A DNA stretch of 32,000 nucleotides, taken from Thermodesulfobacteriota bacterium. Lineage in GTDB: Bacteria; Desulfobacterota; WTBG01; JAGOGO01. The stretch is taken from assembly GCA_026625185.1 (NCBI GenBank), contig CP113000.1, forward strand, positions 1,245,622-1,277,621. The letters are read 5' to 3'. Positions within the stretch are counted from its first letter, which is position 1, and every line of letters begins with the position of its first letter. The notes under the pieces were generated by a model. It saw nothing but the letters and a program-made list of their open reading frames with translations. It made no database searches and had not been told where the DNA came from. The position numbers and the translations under genes are program-made. Below, one piece after another: positions 27,910 through 32,000 of the stretch.

Positions 27910-28299
27910 ATGAGAAAAATATTAATTATTTTAATAGCCTTAAGCCTGGCAATACCCCTTTTAACCGCCACTCCCGCAAAGGCCGGTCATTGGAGTTTTG
28001 GCTTTTACTGGCCCGGATTCACAGTAGGGATAGGTGTTCCCCCGCCATATTATTATCCTGCACCACCTCCTCCAGGCTATTATTATCCTCCCGCCTACTA
28101 TTATGGGGAATACTGTAGGCCTGGGTATGGGTATTATGGTGGTTGCCGTCCCAGGGAATATTATGGCGGACCCAGGTATGGGAACAATGGCGACTACCAT
28201 AGGGAATATAACGGGGGACCCCGTGGGGAATATTATGGTAGAAACAATGGCAATGAGGATAATGGTGGGGAAAACTATGGTGGTGGATATCGGAGATAG
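27910..28299 (+). CDS. secreted Gly/Tyr/Pro-rich low-complexity protein (hypothetical)
   Basis: Start moved to ATG 27910, giving a classical signal peptide MRKILIILIALSLAIPLLTATPAKA. The mature part is PPPYYYPAPPPPGYYYPPAYYYGEYCRPGYGYYGGCRPREYYGGPRYG...GGGYRR. A terminator follows. Confidence 0.6.
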   Translation: MRKILIILIALSLAIPLLTATPAKAGHWSFGFYWPGFTVGIGVPPPYYYPAPPPPGYYYPPAYYYGEYCRPGYGYYGGCRPREYYGGPRYGNNGDYHREYNGGPRGEYYGRNNGNEDNGGENYGGGYRR

Positions 28300-28341
28300 C
28301 TGGGTTTACCACTAAATAGTATGAGAAGATGATTTTTTAAC

Positions 28342-28385
28342 CGGCTAACGGTAATTGGAATACCTGGTTAGCCGTTTATTTTTAA
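28342..28385 (+). terminator. rho-independent terminator after the Gly/Tyr-rich protein gene
   Basis: CGGCTAAC (28342-28349) / GTTAGCCG (28367-28374), a perfect 8-bp stem followed by TTTATTTTTAATTTTTT. Confidence 0.5.
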
Positions 28386-28387
28386 TT

Positions 28388-28510
28388 TTTTCTTATTAAC
28401 TTATACGCCTGAGCGGAGTCACTCTCGGGTCGGTTTTTCTCCAACAAGTTTTTTCAGAAAAGAATTCTTTTTTTAAATAGAATAGTACTTGCGATAAAAA
28501 AGATCCTCTA
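28388..28510 (+). repeat. intergenic repeat family, copy 3
   Basis: TTATTAAC (28393-28400), 12 nt, GCGGAGTCACTCTCGGGTCGG (28413-28433), TTCTCCAAC, AAAAGAATTCTT, AAAAAAGATCCTCT (to about 28508). Confidence 0.6.
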
Positions 28511-28589
28511 ATTTAGATCCAAAATTACCCTGAATTAACAAACTAATGAGAAATATCTCTTTAGCCAGAAGGGATTCCGGGAAAGAAAA

Positions 28590-29810
28590 TCAACGCATAT
28601 TCCCGGTGTGACCGAGCGAATATCGGCCCGGAAGAGGCCAGTAGGCTAATCCGTGGGGATGGTCACCTACCGAGATGCGTGCGATCAGTTTGCCCGAGTT
28701 GGTATCAAAGCAATAGACCTCATTGTCATAACGACCACCCAGCCAGAGCTGGCTTCCCTCAATATTCAGGTTACCCATGTCCGGACTTCCGCCCCCCGGC
28801 ACCAGCCATTGTGCGATGACTTTCCGGGTGGCAAAGTCGATGACCGCAATACTGCCCTGCCCATGCCGCCCTGCATTCAAATGGCTCCATCCCCGGTTGC
28901 TCACGTAAAGCTTCTTGCCGTCCCGGCTGGGCAAAAGTCCATGCGCGCCTTTCCCGGTGGGAATGAAACCCACTATTTTGAAACGATCCCCGTCAATCAA
29001 ATGGACGCCATTGGCCATGAGGTCGGCAATGTAGAAGGTGGTCCCGTCTGCTGACAGCCGGACATCCTGCGGCATGCTGTTGATACCTAACTCGAGCGAG
29101 TCGGTCATCTGATACTTTACCATGTCGATCTTGATCAATTTTCCGGCAAACTCACAGGAGGCAACAGCATAGCGACCGTCGATGGAAAAATCCAGGTGAT
29201 TGACGCCCCGGCAGGCCACGGGAACAGAAAATTTGAGAGCCATGGTCTCAGGATCCCGAAAGTCAAGCTTATGCCTGGCTTCGGCTACGACGATAGCGTA
29301 TTTGCCGTCCGGGGTAAAATACAAGTTGTACGGGTCATCAACATGCACGTTTGGCCCGGGCTTCCCGGTTAAGGGATCTATGGGTGTAAGACTATTGCCC
29401 TCGTTATTCAATACCCATAACCGTTTTTTGTCCCAGGAGGGTATAATGTGCTGGGGGCCTTTGCCCGTGGGATAGTGGTCAATCACCTTAAAAGTCTTTG
29501 GATCGATAACGGATACGGTGCCATCCCACTCGTTCGGCACATACACCCGGTGAGGAATGTTATTCAAGGCAGGCTCTAATTTATCCGCGGCAGCCTCGGA
29601 ATAAATATTGGTGGGGTCAATCACGGGAGGCATACCCGGTATGGTATGTATTTCCTGTTGGCCTCGGTTGTGGTTGCCTTGGCTTGAGAGATGGGAGGAA
29701 TTGGCCCGGTCCGGAGGTTTACTAGTTTTGGGTGAGGATGCACTATAGCTATAAAAAAACAGGGTAGCTATAATAATGGCAAAGAGAATTAATAATCTTT
29801 GTATAGTCAT
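28590..29810 (-). CDS. YVTN-family beta-propeller repeat protein with N-terminal membrane anchor or signal sequence
   Basis: Repeated units of about 40 aa of the type VYVPNEWDGTVSVIDPKTFKVI, LWVLNNEGNSLTPIDPLTGK, FYIADLMANGVHLIDGDRFKIVGFIPTGKGAHGL, LYVSNRGW...GSIAVIDFATRKVI. N-terminal hydrophobic helix LLILFAIIIATLFF. RBS GGAGAAGG. Confidence 0.8.
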   Translation of the reverse strand: MTIQRLLILFAIIIATLFFYSYSASSPKTSKPPDRANSSHLSSQGNHNRGQQEIHTIPGMPPVIDPTNIYSEAAADKLEPALNNIPHRVYVPNEWDGTVSVIDPKTFKVIDHYPTGKGPQHIIPSWDKKRLWVLNNEGNSLTPIDPLTGKPGPNVHVDDPYNLYFTPDGKYAIVVAEARHKLDFRDPETMALKFSVPVACRGVNHLDFSIDGRYAVASCEFAGKLIKIDMVKYQMTDSLELGINSMPQDVRLSADGTTFYIADLMANGVHLIDGDRFKIVGFIPTGKGAHGLLPSRDGKKLYVSNRGWSHLNAGRHGQGSIAVIDFATRKVIAQWLVPGGGSPDMGNLNIEGSQLWLGGRYDNEVYCFDTNSGKLIARISVGDHPHGLAYWPLPGRYSLGHTGNMR

Positions 29811-29994
29811 AACCTTCTCCCAAAAAACTGATTTTTATCTGTCAACGAACGTTGGTTGTATTTTTCCCTTGCGGAGTCCTGAATACAAGTAAAAGTCGGA
29901 GCCCGGAGACCTAACGCTACGAAAAGCTATCAAAACAGACTGAATTTTCAAACTTGAACCTACCCTTAAGCTAACAGCAAGGTCTCGTTACAGA

Positions 29995-30474
29995 TTAGGG
30001 CTTGATTTCAATTGGTATCCCGTCGTTGACCAGAGACCAGATTTCTTCAATTTCCCGGTTGGTTACTGCGATACACCCCTGAGTCCAGTTCATCTTCCGA
30101 TAAAAAAAACCGAGAAAGCCCAGCCCGTTTCTAATGCCGTGGAGCATGATGTCCCCGCCGGGGTTCACTCCCGCCTGGTTTGCCCGCTGAATATCTGCCT
30201 GGGAGGGGTAGGAAATGTGAAGTGAGCGATGATAGCAACTTTGATAATTGCGCCCGTCGATAACGTAAAGACCTTCCGGTGTTTTCCCGTCGTCTTTCTG
30301 TAACTTATGCCCCTCAGGGTATGGACCAAGCGCAACCTGATAGGTACGTATAATATTACCTTCTGAAAGCAGAAAAAGCTTCCGCTTGGCTTTTTCAACT
30401 ACAACAAGGTCAATCTGCCTGGCGGGTGGTGATTGCTTCCTTGAATTTAAAACCCTTTTCTTAGCCAGCATCAC
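29995..30474 (-). CDS. L,D-transpeptidase-fold protein (YkuD domain), YafK-like
   Basis: VVVEKAKRKLFLL...YQVALG...GHKLQKDDGKTPEGLYVI...ISYPSQAD...GGDIMLHG...NWTQGCIAVTN, with the catalytic His/Cys context of the YkuD fold. Confidence 0.85.
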   Translation of the reverse strand: MMLAKKRVLNSRKQSPPARQIDLVVVEKAKRKLFLLSEGNIIRTYQVALGPYPEGHKLQKDDGKTPEGLYVIDGRNYQSCYHRSLHISYPSQADIQRANQAGVNPGGDIMLHGIRNGLGFLGFFYRKMNWTQGCIAVTNREIEEIWSLVNDGIPIEIKP

Positions 30475-30496
30475 AAAACATCAGACCGTAAAATGA

Positions 30497-31273
30497 TTAA
30501 TGAGCACCATTGTTTTTATAACCGCGCAGATAGGAAAGGACTCTTCTTACGTATTCCCGGGTCTCATCGTAAGGGGGAATGGCATAATTGCAGCCGATCA
30601 CCGCATTTTCTCCGGCATTGTAAGCAGCCACGGTTAAGTGCAAATCATTGTTAAAGATATTCAAGAGCCGTCGCAGGTGTTTTACCCCGCCTTCAATGTT
30701 ATCCCGGGGACTAAAAATATTTTTCACTGACATGTCCTCAGCAGTTCCCGGCATAAGCTGCATGATTCCTTTGGCGCCTTTTGGGGATACGACTGATGTA
30801 TTAAAGTCAGATTCTGCTTTTATAACCGCCCGAACCAGGTCACAGTCAACTTCGTATTTAGCGGCTATTTCTCGGATCAACGGATCATATACCTTGCTGT
30901 CATATTTAGGAGAGCGAGCATACCTCACGTAGCGGTACACATATACCTTATTGGGTTTATCGATTAGGTCGTTGTCGACATGGGTAGTGCCTTGGTTTTT
31001 CTTTTTGGACCTACCCTCATTCTCCGTTTTGTGATGGTATCTCCTCTTTTCTTCGTATTCACTTTTTTCTTCGCCATTGCCATCAGCTGCCTGGAATCGG
31101 TATTTTGGTTTTCGGTATTCGTTATAGTCTTCCGGTTTTTCAATGCTAATGGTGAGGTTCATATTATTATTTGCTGAATCTTCTTGTTTTTCGTAGCGAC
31201 TACGGTGATCAGCAAAGACCCCTTGGGGAATTGCAAAGGATAATATCAAAAGCAAATAAATATGGCGCTTCAT
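30497..31273 (-). CDS. lytic transglycosylase (SLT/GH23 domain) with signal peptide and a highly charged N-terminal region
   Basis: Signal peptide MKRHIYLLLILSFAIPQGVFA. SLT motifs are AVIKAESDFN (catalytic Glu), AKGIMQLMPGTA and AAYNAGENAV. Confidence 0.88.
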   Translation of the reverse strand: MKRHIYLLLILSFAIPQGVFADHRSRYEKQEDSANNNMNLTISIEKPEDYNEYRKPKYRFQAADGNGEEKSEYEEKRRYHHKTENEGRSKKKNQGTTHVDNDLIDKPNKVYVYRYVRYARSPKYDSKVYDPLIREIAAKYEVDCDLVRAVIKAESDFNTSVVSPKGAKGIMQLMPGTAEDMSVKNIFSPRDNIEGGVKHLRRLLNIFNNDLHLTVAAYNAGENAVIGCNYAIPPYDETREYVRRVLSYLRGYKNNGAH

Positions 31274-31741
31274 TCTTCAGTACTGTCCTTAGGGTTCAAT
31301 TTTCTTGCGAGTGAAATACCAATGAGAAGCCCCGACTCCTGTAAAAAACAATATCGGTTCCGAACATTATGGCTCCTTTCCTGATTCCATCCTCTCCGGC
31401 TGCTTTTTGGGGCGCCAAATTATTACCCAATCATGACAATTACTAAGTCACATCGTTTCATTCTTTATAATTTCATAATCACAGCTACTAATTTCCCAAT
31501 GACCTTAAAGGCAACCTGACCTGACCCTGAAAGATGTATCATATTTAAAGTTAGAATTCAACCATTTTACCTTTTTCAATGAAGTTATGGGTTCCCCTAA
31601 AAATGTCATTTCTGCAAAAGCAGACTTGCCCCGTACCTGATACGGGGAATCCGGAACTAATCAAATTACCGGACTCCCGCCTTCGGGGGGGTGGCAACCT
31701 GGGATTATTAGAGATGCTCTTATATCTAACCTGTTATAAGT

Positions 31742-32000
31742 TTAATTACTTGGAAGTCTTACTTGCTGGACAGAAAGAAGGTCGGGATGGCTACGAAGGG
31801 TATCCAGAGCATCTGAGGGGGCTTCTTCGTCCAAACGAACCATAGCGATTGCGCGATCATTTTTTGCTGTTCGGCTTAGGTGCATATTGGCGATGTTAAC
31901 CTGATACTTTCCGAGTGTTGAACCGATAAACCCGATTACCCCTGGTTTGTCAAGGTTTTGTATTATCAGGTTAACACCTTCAAGTTCCGTTTCTAGTCCG
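31742..32000 (-). CDS. serA: D-3-phosphoglycerate dehydrogenase, C-terminal ACT domain (5' part lies outside the window)
   Basis: My own minus-strand translation is open to the window edge: ...LEGVNLIIQNLDKPGVIGFIGSTLGKYQVNIANMHLSRTAKNDRAIAMVRLDEEAPSDALDTLRSHPDLLSVQQVRLPSN*. This is the typical long-form SerA ACT tail. The stop is at 31742-31744. This ORF is not in the supplied track. Confidence 0.7.
   Translation of the reverse strand, partial: GLETELEGVNLIIQNLDKPGVIGFIGSTLGKYQVNIANMHLSRTAKNDRAIAMVRLDEEAPSDALDTLRSHPDLLSVQQVRLPSN

Noticed and set aside
28019-28312. His-rich 97-aa minus-strand ORF (HHHSFPHHYPHCHCFYH...) and 79-aa ORF 27961-28200 opposite the Gly/Tyr-rich gene
   Set aside because: The His and Pro richness is the mechanical complement of the TAT/GGN/CCN repeats on the plus strand. 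Only the plus-strand frame has an RBS-proximal ATG, a textbook signal peptide and a downstream terminator.
29840-29858. Perfect TTGACA (minus strand) and palindrome CAACG-AA-CGTTG just upstream of the beta-propeller gene
   Set aside because: TTGACA is only 31 nt from the ATG, with no -10-like hexamer at the right spacing. A 5+5 palindrome is too short to call an operator without further evidence.
31579-31845. 88-aa plus-strand ORF at the right end
   Set aside because: It overlaps the 3' end of the minus-strand serA ACT domain and the hairpin cluster, has no RBS, and the sequence is implausible.

Overview
Bacterial chromosomal window, moderately AT-rich with a mosaic composition. The gene content hints at an anaerobic, uncultured Desulfobacterota-like lineage, but that is a low-confidence guess. 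Positions 1-12.3 kb are ordinary core genome. They hold a DUF47/PiT phosphate uptake pair, an HtrA protease, a GldA/F/G-like ABC-2 operon with a DUF4340 gene, and an operon of archaeal-type 3-dehydroquinate synthase II, gap, pgk, tpiA, secG and tRNA-Leu(GAG). Right after the tRNA (12.3-15.4 kb) lies a decayed integrative element. It carries a tyrosine-recombinase remnant, an orphan terminator, a DUF2127 membrane protein and a GC-rich SABP2-like alpha/beta hydrolase. The most interesting part is the centre of the window (15.4-25.1 kb), which holds two convergent operons. One encodes a STAS-domain fusion protein, a 1252-aa ABC permease fused to three tandem substrate-binding domains, and an ATPase. 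The other encodes a partner-switching set (STAS, periplasmic binding protein, Cache-HAMP-PP2C phosphatase, RsbW-like kinase) with no sigma factor nearby. I propose these form a phospho-regulated uptake or signalling system that has not been described. Positions 25.1-28.6 kb are a gene-poor junkyard. It contains an ImmA/IrrE pseudogene, a transposase tail remnant, an AT-rich pyrF, a roughly 100-bp intergenic repeat family (3 copies plus a partial copy), several GC-rich structured elements, and a secreted Gly/Tyr/Pro-rich low-complexity protein. The right end holds a YVTN beta-propeller protein, a YafK-like L,D-transpeptidase, a lytic transglycosylase and the 3' end of serA. No CRISPR array, rRNA or intact mobile element was seen. 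All calls rest on reading the sequence and ORF translations by eye; no searches were run.
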